Below, piece after piece: positions 47,143 through 56,318 of a stretch of DNA of 59,395 nt (within the stretch, counting starts at the first letter, position 1; each line of letters opens with the position of its first letter). Origin of the DNA: a virus (taxonomy: Duplodnaviria; Caudoviricetes); IMG/VR virus record IMGVR_UViG_3300036884_000265, positions 1 to 59,395 of that record; one strand, 5' to 3'. The notes beneath the pieces are model-generated. The model was not told the origin of the DNA. It did not search any database and saw nothing but the letters and a program-made list of their open reading frames with translations. Made by a program: the position numbers and the translations under genes.

Positions 47143-47558
47143 GGTGCCTCCATTATTTCAGTTACGTCTGTTCCGGGAACACACGAAGATGATGCGAACA
47201 GGTGGACCGCCTCATAAACGTAAGCCGCCCTTACCGGTGACATCCCATCTTCCATACATATATTATGTAAGGTCATATCAGCATAATCTTTATAATCTCT
47301 CGGTAAGATACCCATCCTGATTGCCTGATAAAGCACATCGTGAACAAGGGATCCGCGCATGAAGTCCTTTGTGTCGAAGGTGGGCCCACTTGGACCGTCC
47401 CACGCATAGCCAGCGATAATGAGTAATACGCCATCGGTCTTCAGAATGAAGAAACCGCCAGCGCAGGTCATATCCTTGAGACCTATATCGACAGAATAGT
47501 CCTCATGAAGTTGATATTTATATTTACGTTTTCTGTATCTTATCTTGTCACCAATCAT
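47139..47558 (-). CDS. DUF1353-family protein
   Basis: GYAWDGPSGPT.DT..FMRGSLVHDVLY...AD...C.EDGM...RA..VY.AV. Confidence 0.75.
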   Translation of the reverse strand: MIGDKIRYRKRKYKYQLHEDYSVDIGLKDMTCAGGFFILKTDGVLLIIAGYAWDGPSGPTFDTKDFMRGSLVHDVLYQAIRMGILPRDYKDYADMTLHNICMEDGMSPVRAAYVYEAVHLFASSSCVPGTDVTEIMEAP

Positions 47559-47561
47559 GGC

Positions 47562-47789
47562 CTATTTCCCTGTCGAGTTCAGAAGGCCAAGTAAGGCGTT
47601 AAGGGTGGCGGCATCGATTTTTTGCCCGTTGACTTTTATGCTTGCATTGCCCACCGTTGCCTCTGTGCTATCCGCTGTCGTGAATAGTCGGGTATAGCTG
47701 ACCGTTGTCCCATCTGCCGTCTGATAATGTAGAGATGCACATCCCGTGAGACATAAACAGATAATTCCTACTACGATAAATAATTTCAT
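47562..47789 (-). CDS. Lipoprotein (possible spanin component)
   Basis: Lipobox LTG|C after a hydrophobic leader. Confidence 0.75.
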   Translation of the reverse strand: MKLFIVVGIICLCLTGCASLHYQTADGTTVSYTRLFTTADSTEATVGNASIKVNGQKIDAATLNALLGLLNSTGK

Positions 47790-48226
47790 GTTGCCTCCTT
47801 AATATTGTCTACCCATCTATAACCTAACACATCCGACTCTTGAAAAAAAGATAGTTTTACGGCATCAGACTGATTACCGCCGACTAATTGTACCCATCCG
47901 CCCGGTGATCTTCGATATTTGAATATTCCAACATGACCGCTTGGAGGATTGCCACGCTTCAGAACAGTGATACATCCAGGGAAAGGATTGTCTATTTTAA
48001 CGCCCCAGTTTAACCAGGAACGTGCCATAGCGTTGTTTGTTCCCTTACCCCCTGCCTGTATGACTACCCAATTTGTAAACGCACTGCACCATGCGATTTC
48101 GTCACTGTTCATTGAAATACCGACAGTGCTGAGATATTCAAGTATTCTCTTTGTCGATTCCGGGCCGGGAGTTTCATGGACTCCTATTTCACCTTCTGCT
48201 ATTCTCAGTACGTCTTTTGGTTGCAT
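47786..48226 (-). CDS. Endolysin candidate, TIGR02594 (NlpC/P60-CHAP-like) peptidase
   Basis: EIGVHE.PG, DEIAWCSAF.NW, ARSWL.WG, GHVG, GGNQSD.V. Confidence 0.85.
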   Translation of the reverse strand: MQPKDVLRIAEGEIGVHETPGPESTKRILEYLSTVGISMNSDEIAWCSAFTNWVVIQAGGKGTNNAMARSWLNWGVKIDNPFPGCITVLKRGNPPSGHVGIFKYRRSPGGWVQLVGGNQSDAVKLSFFQESDVLGYRWVDNIKEAT

Positions 48227-48243
48227 TTATCGTCCCCTTTAAA

Positions 48244-48313
48244 GATGGGAGTTACACAGAGGTGTATTCCGATGCACAGCAGTACCATACATCTTTCCGC
48301 GTTCACTCCCATC
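48244..48313 (-). promoter_or_regulatory. Long structured RNA hairpin directly upstream of the endolysin RBS
   Basis: On the mRNA strand: nested stems gaugggagu/acucccauc, acgcgga/ucugugu and gauguaugg/cugugcauc, with several G-U pairs. Confidence 0.5.
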
Positions 48314-48782
48314 ACTTCTGACCTCCAAAAATAGCGATCCCGCCCTTCTCTCCGGTCTTGCCTTGTATCCCTTGTGCTCCGGTATTTCCCTTATTAAACG
48401 TTTTATTCTGTTCCATCTTTTTAAGCATTTTATTATTGCTACCGCTTACATCGTTATATTTCTGCTGAAAATCTTTCTGCTGTTCAACAACTGCTGACAT
48501 GCTTTTGGTAAGTGTAGCAAGGTCTGAATACACCTTTTCAGGTACACCTCTCGGCTGACTATTCATATAAATATTGGTAGCAATGAAAGTAACCAGACCC
48601 AGAACAATAGCTATAAGCATTTGGATAGTCCTGGCCGATATGGTTTGGATAAGTGAGTTAATACTTTCAGAAAGGTGTCCATATTTATCCTACAAAGCTT
48701 TTCTATCTTCCTTAGAATCGTTTATAAAATCTGCAATGTGGTCCCTATAATCTCTAAGATCATCTTTTTCATGGTCTGTCAT
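48312..48782 (-). CDS. Membrane-anchored lysis-cassette protein with collagen-like tail; in-frame TAG at codon 31
   Basis: GGAG RBS and ATG 48782; MTDHEKDDLRDYRDHIADFINDSKEDRKAL*DKYGHLSESINSLIQTISARTIQ reads in frame into track ORF 48620 (TM, coiled coil, GNTGAQGIQGKTGEKG). Confidence 0.6.
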
Positions 48783-48793
48783 TGTTTCTCCAC

Positions 48794-49231
48794 TTAATGT
48801 AGTCGTATGATTGCACTGATTATGGCAATTATTATGCCAGTAACTGAAACGGCCATTGCAAAATTAACAGAAGACCGTGAAGCCTTGCCTTCTAACAGTG
48901 CCTTACTTAATTCAAGTTGCCTAATCTGTTCATCATACTTAGCAAATTGAGATTCGATTTCTCCCTTCATAACAAATTTAGCACACTGTTCTTTGACCTG
49001 AGTATACTCAGTCCTATCAATAAATCTTGCCGTCTGATCTCTGAGGGCATCTCTAAATTCGTTCATGGAATTTAAGCGAATATCCATTTTTTCTTCTGCC
49101 TTATCAAGGGCAATTTTATTCATCTTGAAGTGCAGGTCTACCCTTATGTCCATGTCCTGAATCTTGTGCATGATAAATTCTTTTAAAGACACTTCATCTT
49201 TAAAATCAAAACCGTTATCCTTTTCACTCAT
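48794..49231 (-). CDS. Coiled-coil protein with C-terminal TM (lysis accessory)
   Basis: ALDKAE..MD.RL.SMNEFR..L.DQ; C-terminal hydrophobic anchor. Confidence 0.7.
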   Translation of the reverse strand: MSEKDNGFDFKDEVSLKEFIMHKIQDMDIRVDLHFKMNKIALDKAEEKMDIRLNSMNEFRDALRDQTARFIDRTEYTQVKEQCAKFVMKGEIESQFAKYDEQIRQLELSKALLEGKASRSSVNFAMAVSVTGIIIAIISAIIRLH

Positions 49232-49252
49232 TAGAACCTCTCCACTGTTAAT

Positions 49253-49396
49253 TTAGCCTCGTCCTACAAACATGAGCAACATTATCACACTCATGATGAA
49301 TACTGATACCCATAATGGAACTTTGCTTGGAACCGTTATTGCCAATAATACGCAAATAAATGCTGCTACTGATAGAATGATTAAAACCATATTCAT
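49253..49396 (-). CDS. Small 2-TM membrane protein (holin-like)
   Basis: Start ATG 49396 (AAGGAGG); two hydrophobic helices around KVPLW. Confidence 0.7.
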   Translation of the reverse strand: MNMVLIILSVAAFICVLLAITVPSKVPLWVSVFIMSVIMLLMFVGRG

Positions 49397-49446
49397 GCGT
49401 TGCCTCCTTTTAATTATTTTGAACTTACCAAATTGCAATTCCTAAA

Positions 49447-50877
49447 TTAGAATTTACATCCACTGCGTGTTCCACCTGAAAAAGTTGTTGTTGTTCCTGC
49501 GGAAGTTCCTCCTGTACCAACAAGAGCTACATTTGCGCCCATGTCTGCACCCGCTTTACCGGTTCCAACGCAAGGAGCTTTTATCAGGAAATCGTTGAGC
49601 GTGTTGAGGTTTCCGCTTCCATTCGTGAAACAGGACGTTGCTGAATTCAAGCTGTGTGTATCAGGATGACCACCTCCTGACAATTCGCTCGACGCCGCCC
49701 ACGTTGCCAGCGTAGAATAGTATGAACCCGATGGACCTCTGACCATGAAGTTTGTATTACCAAACGAGTTATAGTCTTGTTCCGTAAGAACTGAACCCGA
49801 AGTGTGTCTGACCACTGAACTCCCATAATCTGTGGGAGCGTGAGGCACTTGCAGGGCATTATTGTAGAGATGATGTCCTGTGCCGTCTGCGATAATCAAA
49901 TATGCCTCGCCAGTCGTGTAAGTGGAATACATTGAATTGTTATAAATATTCTCAGTGGCAAAAGTCTGACCGTCCGATATTTCGTTATATACCCCTGTCC
50001 CTGTAAAATTAACGATCACGTTTTGATATATCAGTAAGTTGGCTGGAGACCATATATTATATGCCGATGCATAAATGCCGGTGTCGGTATCGTGGATATA
50101 GTTATAACTCACCGTACAGTTTTGACAGTCTCTCTTGAAATAGATTGTATTAGTATTGTTGGAAAACTCATTATTTTTAACGAGTGTATTCGCCGTGTCG
50201 TAGGTCTTGATTGCCGAGGTGTTATGATAATTGTTGGTCTCCATATAATGATAAAAGGTATTGTTTTGAACAGTCGTATCAGATACGCACTCTATTCTCA
50301 AACCCTCCACATTGTCAGTGTTTGTCTGTACTGTAGACCCGCCACTGAAATAGCAATTCTGAATAGTAACGTGCGTTGAAATCGGGACATAAGTCGAACA
50401 AAGGTCGTTGCTTCCTAAAACCATACGAGCAGTATTCAGACCTCCGTCTACCTGAAGAGTAAATCCATCGAAGACAATATAGGTCTTATCATAGGTCCCA
50501 AGCATCGTTTCTCCTGATTGTCCACTAACGCCTTCTCCCCCTGCAGCAGTACCGTTGAGAATGGGAGTTTCTCCTGTGTACGCCCGAAAGGTTATTGGGC
50601 TTCCTGCTGTTCCTGAATGTTGAGGCTCATAATATCCGTGGTATCCGTCTGCGGATTGACTCAGGTAGTTGTATCCATTTTTTGTAGGAACCGTGTATGT
50701 ACCTCCACGAAAGAGCCATATATCACCCGCCACTGCGTTTGACATAGCATAGGCAATGGTACAGGGAGAACCGATTGAACAGGTTGAACCGGAACCGGCG
50801 TTGGAAACATAATAAGTGGCTGAGAAAACCCATACAGGAAACAAAACAATGAACAATATTAAGATATATTTTTTCAT
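49447..50877 (-). CDS. Signal-peptide-bearing right-handed beta-helix (pectin-lyase-like) protein; putative depolymerase/tailspike
   Basis: MKKYILILFIVLFPVWVFS|ATYYVS; AGD....RGGTY; SGT..PITFRAY.GE.P; repeated I.NN.F/I.N coils; GAD.GA end. Confidence 0.8.
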   Translation of the reverse strand: MKKYILILFIVLFPVWVFSATYYVSNAGSGSTCSIGSPCTIAYAMSNAVAGDIWLFRGGTYTVPTKNGYNYLSQSADGYHGYYEPQHSGTAGSPITFRAYTGETPILNGTAAGGEGVSGQSGETMLGTYDKTYIVFDGFTLQVDGGLNTARMVLGSNDLCSTYVPISTHVTIQNCYFSGGSTVQTNTDNVEGLRIECVSDTTVQNNTFYHYMETNNYHNTSAIKTYDTANTLVKNNEFSNNTNTIYFKRDCQNCTVSYNYIHDTDTGIYASAYNIWSPANLLIYQNVIVNFTGTGVYNEISDGQTFATENIYNNSMYSTYTTGEAYLIIADGTGHHLYNNALQVPHAPTDYGSSVVRHTSGSVLTEQDYNSFGNTNFMVRGPSGSYYSTLATWAASSELSGGGHPDTHSLNSATSCFTNGSGNLNTLNDFLIKAPCVGTGKAGADMGANVALVGTGGTSAGTTTTFSGGTRSGCKF

Positions 50878-51881
50878 GGATTAGCCGCCTTAAATCCTAT
50901 TATAAGAGTTTGCCAACTACCGGATGCTACCCTTGTTGTGGTCATAGATGTAGCACCGGCAGTGGTTTGAATATGGTCAAACATATAATGATAATGGTCA
51001 TTTTGATTTACTCTAATGGTGTAACCGGCTCCAGGAGTTGGTGTACCCGCCGTTGCCTCATCTCCACACATGACTATTATCAGTGAATTGTTATAGCTTG
51101 TAACAATTGTCTCCGATGAAGGATTGGCCGATGAAGTATCCGCTCCCAAGGGTGTACCGTCTAACGTACCAGCAGCGGTTAAGCCGGAATATTCAGCCAT
51201 GCCCCATCCAAAATCTCCTCCTCCGTTTGTAACCGATACGGCATTGCTTCCAGCGGTTGCATCAGGACACCATGCAACCTTCGAATAAACATCGGTTGTA
51301 TGAATGACTGAGGAGTATTGCCATGAAACACCACAACCTCCAGAAAGTGTAGTTGTCGCAAGATCAACGCCTGACGACATACCGGCGATTAAGGCGTTGT
51401 GAACCGTTACCCCTGTTATCGTTAAAGCTGAATTGGCGTAGACCGACTGAACGTGACCAGCGATGAAGGCAGGGGCGACCGAACCGCTACTCGGTGTGGC
51501 CGTTACCTCACTACTACACGTCTGCCCGGCCAAATCAGTTCCGCATAATCTATAATAATAAGGGGTTCCATTTGTACGTCCGGTATGTACATAAGCCGTG
51601 CCAGGGAATGATGCTACAACGAGCGTGGCATTACTTATATTGTTAGCGTACAGATTGTATGTTGCGCGAGATGTGGTGTCCCAGTAAAGTACATTTGTTA
51701 AAGCTCCCACGTCACCGGAAGTTAGGGCAATAGTGACTTGAGCGGCCCCTGCTGTAGCTGAAATGACTGGGGAAGTAGGAGGTGTTCCTACTACCTTTCC
51801 AATTTGCATAAGCATTTGTGCTTGACAGGAAATACCCCATCCAATCAAAATCAGTAAAATAAATATAAGTATTTTTCTCAT
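50874..51881 (-). CDS. Signal-peptide-bearing protein with FN3 domain and C-terminal beta domain
   Basis: MRKILIFILLILIGWGISCQA|Q; P..P.ISATAG..QV.I...LYW...YVHTG.TNGTPYYYR...SSEV.ATP (FN3). Confidence 0.75.
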   Translation of the reverse strand: MRKILIFILLILIGWGISCQAQMLMQIGKVVGTPPTSPVISATAGAAQVTIALTSGDVGALTNVLYWDTTSRATYNLYANNISNATLVVASFPGTAYVHTGRTNGTPYYYRLCGTDLAGQTCSSEVTATPSSGSVAPAFIAGHVQSVYANSALTITGVTVHNALIAGMSSGVDLATTTLSGGCGVSWQYSSVIHTTDVYSKVAWCPDATAGSNAVSVTNGGGDFGWGMAEYSGLTAAGTLDGTPLGADTSSANPSSETIVTSYNNSLIIVMCGDEATAGTPTPGAGYTIRVNQNDHYHYMFDHIQTTAGATSMTTTRVASGSWQTLIIGFKAANP

Positions 51882-51884
51882 ATC

Positions 51885-54800
51885 TTAGCTCCCTGCTGAA
51901 GTTCCTGATAAAGTGGTACATTTCAAGAGCCAGGTTGAAGTATTGGTCTTAAATGAGAAACAACTTAAGCTACTTGATATAGGTTGAGCAGTAAACGTAG
52001 CATATCTTTGAGCAGTACTGCTACCATCCAAGTATAGACTACTTGCACCAGCATCCAATCTAAACCCACCAGTACTTGTCAAAGCTGTGCCCTGAATCAT
52101 AACGAAGTTTATCCCTGCTACTAAAGCTGGTGCCGTAACTGTAACAACACCACTGCTTGTTGGTGACTGACCATAGTTACCTACAATGGCATTACTCAAC
52201 TGTGCAGCTGTAGGAGTACAATTTGCTGAGCAGTCAATAGCTTGAGGAGTTACTGAAGCTGTTGTAAGAACAGGAGAAGTACTCATTACAGGTGAACCAG
52301 TTCCTGTTGAAGCTGTCCATACTGGAATTGTTGTAACTCCTGCGCCTACTAATTGATAATTTGCTGAACCTGCTGCTAAATAACTAAGTGCTGCTCCTGA
52401 ACCATTTGACATTAAGAATGAACCAACTGCACCTGGAGCCAATGCAGCAATTGTGTTTGCAGTAGCTGCATGAAGTAACCCACCCTGAACATATGTATCA
52501 GCATAAGTTGATGTAGAATCTGTATATTTACCTGCAACTGTTGTAGAAGTTGGAAATTTTCCTGCTGCTGTATCGGTTGCAGTAAGTAAGGGTATATATC
52601 CTGTTACTGCTATATCAGGAATATTAACAATCCTTGCTGCTGCTGAAGTACCAGTAATCTGAAAATTGTTTGTTGCTGCATTTCCTAAGTAAAATGAAGC
52701 AAATGGGGCAGCTGCTGTTCCAATAGTTCCTGTCCCTGCGGTTGCTGCATGAATATCTGTTGTTATTGCTGCAGTAGTTAATGCAGGTGATGTCATTGTT
52801 TGAACACCAGTAAATGAGTTTGCTGCATCAGTTCTTGCAACCGTTATTGCTGCATCAGGAAATGTAATTATTCTTGCTGTTGCACCACCAGTTGTAAATG
52901 TAAGTGGAGCAGTTGCACCTGCTAATGGTATTGAGTATCTTGTAGTTGATGGACTAAGATAAAATGATGTCCCATCAAACTCCATTGCTCCAGCTGCTGC
53001 TGTTGTTAAGTTTGTTCCTGATTGAAAATATAATGGGCCAGCTCCTACTCCAATTGCCCCAACCTTAAGTGTTAATGCAGTTGTTAGTGTACCGCCAGTA
53101 AAACCACCAGCAACAGACCAAATTGGTACATGAGTTGAAGGTGAAATTGTTAATACATAAGAATCAGTTCCAGCAGCCAAGCGAGTCCAGGCATTTGCTG
53201 AAGATGCATATAATAAATCTCCCGTTGCTTGGGATGCAATTACCATTGCAGCTGGTGATCCTGTTGTTGCAAGCAACGAAGAAGTTGTTGAAGGGAATGT
53301 ATATGTTTGTGCTGCTGTTCCTGAGAAAGTATATCCTGCATAACCCGGTGCTGTCGTAACACCACCACTAAGTAAAGGTTGACCTGCTGCAACATCGGCA
53401 AGACGAGTAATTGCAGTACCTGAAGTAGCATAAAATATATCTCCAACTGCCTGAGATGCTAAGGCAATTGGTGCAGTTAATGTACCAAGAGTACCGGAAG
53501 TTGGAAATGTAACACTCGTATTTCCCCCAAGTGTCCATGCCATTGAGTAATTGCCACCGGCAAATGTTATCGTATTAAGATCATTATTAGCAATACCTGT
53601 CCCACCCTTTGACCCAGTAACAATTGGTAAATCAGATGCTGCAATTGCCCTGAATGAAGGATCTGCTGTTGAATTAGCAAATAAGGGATATGTTGGATTA
53701 GCTACATTTGCTACGACTACTGGAGCAGTTGATGCTCCTTCCATAACAACAATACCATGAGTAGTAAGTGCAGCTGTTGAAGATATAGTATTACTTGATG
53801 AAACATAAGGTAATCCACCATTTGTCATTGTATTAATACTAATTTGATTAGCATAACTTGATGACAAAGCAGGAACAACCCAAGTCATTGGTGTTCCATA
53901 AGCTACAACTTGACCTGTTGTTGGAGTAGCATTAGGATATTGCAGCGTATATGCTGAAGCCATTGAACCAGTTGGACCTTCAAAAATAACTCCAAATGCT
54001 TGAGTTGAAGAATCATTATACAACTGAGATGTTCCAGCAGTTCCACTTGTTTTTGCTGATGCAAAACCTTTTGCGGTTATGACATAAGCCCCAACATTCC
54101 AATCTGCAGTTAATGGAATTGTGCCATCTGCTTTTAAATCACCAGTACCTGCAGGAGCAGCCCAAGAAATTGTTCCACTTGTATTAGCTAAATAATATGT
54201 ACCCGTGGCTGAAGTAATTGCACTTAAAACATTTGCTGAATTAGCTGCAAATATCGAACCTGCTGCAATTGTATCAGGCATTGTTAATGTAGTTTCAAGA
54301 TAATTTGTTCCATTTGCCCTAATTAATTTCCCTGTTGTTGCAGCTGTTGGCCAAGTTGCTGAAGACCAAGCAGGATTTGTTGCACCCATTTGAAGCATTT
54401 TGCCCGTTGACCCTGCAGCAAGAACTGAAAATGCATCAGTACCTGTACCATAAATAAGTGAACCTGAAGTAATTGTTAAACCAGCAAGGGCAGTTAATGT
54501 CCCATCAGATGTTTGATAAGTTGAAGGATTAACATTACAACCGATTAATGTACCTGAAGCAGTATAATTACACAAATCACCATCAGTAAATGTTCCATTT
54601 AAAATAAGTGTTTTACCTGCTCCAATTGTTAATGAACCTGCTGCACCAGCAATAAGTGAACCTGTCCCATTTGAGATTGTTAAGGCATTTGTTGTAGCAT
54701 CATTAATCGTAAATGTTGACCACTGAGGAGCAGTATCTCCAGCATTCATTCTTAATACATTATAAGCTGCTCCTTTAGCAAGTCTTCCATAAGATGAAGC

Positions 54801-56300
54801 ACCACGATATGCCATATCTCCAGCAGCATCAGAAGTAAAAACTAAGTCACTTGCAGTTGTAAATTGAGTATTACATGAAATCAATGTACCTGAAGTAGTA
54901 TACTTGCAATAATACCCATCAGTCATTGTACCAAGAATTGCACCTGCATTATCCGTAGCTTGTCCTGTCCCTGTAAACTTAACAAGTGAATTTGCTAACG
55001 GAGTTGATGGTCCGGTTACTGGCCTTGTAATTGTTGTTTGATAACCTGTAATTGCACCTGCTCCACCAAATGCTAAAACACCAATTGAGGAAATTGTAGC
55101 AAAATCAGCACCTGTTCCTATTTTAAGAAATTGAGTTCCATCTGCAGCTAAACCTAAGCCTAAACGCGCAAATTGAGGAGTTGCTGTTGTTCGTATATCC
55201 TGAATAGGATTAATGGTATAAGTTGAATTAGCTCCTCCATCAGTTCCTGCTGCCATTGAAGTTCCCATTGTAAGAACACGTTCACTTGTTAATGTCCCAT
55301 CTGTACCCAAGGTGATATAAGATGCATCAACTGGAGCAGCAGTTGCCCCAACTGAGTTCCATCCTGAGTCATAAAATTTAATTGCTTTAGCTGCATGATC
55401 GTAAGTTATTGGATAACCCGCACTTGGAACATTATCTACCCAAGCAGGTAATTCAAATCCATATCTTAATCCTGTTGCAGGTGAGGCTGCACTTAAATTC
55501 ATTAAGTATGTAGCACCTGCAGTTAAGTTTGGAATATCCCCACTTACTAATGCAGGTAACTGAGCATGGGGTAAGGTACCTGTTGTTAAATCACTTGCTG
55601 AAACCGTTACATTTGAACTTAAGGCATGACCATTAACTGTTGTTGAACTCAATGCAAAGTCAGTTGAAGCATGACTTGCTGCACTTAAAATTGTTGTTCC
55701 TCCACCATACTTGCTTACTGTAACTCCTCCACCAAATGCAATAGCTGCATCACCACTCATTGTAATTGGAGCATAAGCAGTACCACCAGTATTACCAACT
55801 AAAATTTGACCTGATGCTGGAGCAGTATTCGGAACAACACTTGCCTTAGTCTGAGCATCATTTGTCACTGCTGATAAACCAACCATTGTTGAAGTTATAC
55901 CACCAACAGTTCCTGTAAATGTTGGATTTGCTAAGGTTGCATAACTTGCAATTGTGGCAAAAGCACCAGTACCAAAGGAAACACCACCAGACTTAGCACA
56001 AGTAATTGCACCAGAAGCAACAACTAAGGTACAATCCCCGGACATTGTAAATCCAGCAAATGCAGTACCTCCGGAATTGTACTGAATTTGATTTGCAGTA
56101 CCTCCAGGATTTGCTGCAGTCCCTGAAACAACTGCACATGCATATTTATGTGTTGTTGTTGAGTATGTTAAGACATACCCATTAGTACTACAAGTAGGAA
56201 GTCCTGCTCCCAAAATAAACGGAGGAGGAACCTGAGCATTTAGTAATGAGCAGGTAAAAAATAATGTAATAAATGTTATAAGTAATATAAGCTTTTTCAT
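51885..56300 (-). CDS. Signal-peptide-bearing long tail-fibre-like protein
   Basis: MKKLILLITFITLFFTCSLLNA|Q; 1471 aa, T/A/G/S-rich; repeated GDL.YA.....TRLA.G units, TVNGHALSSNV, LP.A.LP, GTGSPV.STSP.L fibre motifs. Confidence 0.8.
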   Translation of the reverse strand: MKKLILLITFITLFFTCSLLNAQVPPPFILGAGLPTCSTNGYVLTYSTTTHKYACAVVSGTAANPGGTANQIQYNSGGTAFAGFTMSGDCTLVVASGAITCAKSGGVSFGTGAFATIASYATLANPTFTGTVGGITSTMVGLSAVTNDAQTKASVVPNTAPASGQILVGNTGGTAYAPITMSGDAAIAFGGGVTVSKYGGGTTILSAASHASTDFALSSTTVNGHALSSNVTVSASDLTTGTLPHAQLPALVSGDIPNLTAGATYLMNLSAASPATGLRYGFELPAWVDNVPSAGYPITYDHAAKAIKFYDSGWNSVGATAAPVDASYITLGTDGTLTSERVLTMGTSMAAGTDGGANSTYTINPIQDIRTTATPQFARLGLGLAADGTQFLKIGTGADFATISSIGVLAFGGAGAITGYQTTITRPVTGPSTPLANSLVKFTGTGQATDNAGAILGTMTDGYYCKYTTSGTLISCNTQFTTASDLVFTSDAAGDMAYRGASSYGRLAKGAAYNVLRMNAGDTAPQWSTFTINDATTNALTISNGTGSLIAGAAGSLTIGAGKTLILNGTFTDGDLCNYTASGTLIGCNVNPSTYQTSDGTLTALAGLTITSGSLIYGTGTDAFSVLAAGSTGKMLQMGATNPAWSSATWPTAATTGKLIRANGTNYLETTLTMPDTIAAGSIFAANSANVLSAITSATGTYYLANTSGTISWAAPAGTGDLKADGTIPLTADWNVGAYVITAKGFASAKTSGTAGTSQLYNDSSTQAFGVIFEGPTGSMASAYTLQYPNATPTTGQVVAYGTPMTWVVPALSSSYANQISINTMTNGGLPYVSSSNTISSTAALTTHGIVVMEGASTAPVVVANVANPTYPLFANSTADPSFRAIAASDLPIVTGSKGGTGIANNDLNTITFAGGNYSMAWTLGGNTSVTFPTSGTLGTLTAPIALASQAVGDIFYATSGTAITRLADVAAGQPLLSGGVTTAPGYAGYTFSGTAAQTYTFPSTTSSLLATTGSPAAMVIASQATGDLLYASSANAWTRLAAGTDSYVLTISPSTHVPIWSVAGGFTGGTLTTALTLKVGAIGVGAGPLYFQSGTNLTTAAAGAMEFDGTSFYLSPSTTRYSIPLAGATAPLTFTTGGATARIITFPDAAITVARTDAANSFTGVQTMTSPALTTAAITTDIHAATAGTGTIGTAAAPFASFYLGNAATNNFQITGTSAAARIVNIPDIAVTGYIPLLTATDTAAGKFPTSTTVAGKYTDSTSTYADTYVQGGLLHAATANTIAALAPGAVGSFLMSNGSGAALSYLAAGSANYQLVGAGVTTIPVWTASTGTGSPVMSTSPVLTTASVTPQAIDCSANCTPTAAQLSNAIVGNYGQSPTSSGVVTVTAPALVAGINFVMIQGTALTSTGGFRLDAGASSLYLDGSSTAQRYATFTAQPISSSLSCFSFKTNTSTWLLKCTTLSGTSAGS

Positions 56301-56318
56301 TTCACTCTCCGTTTTATA

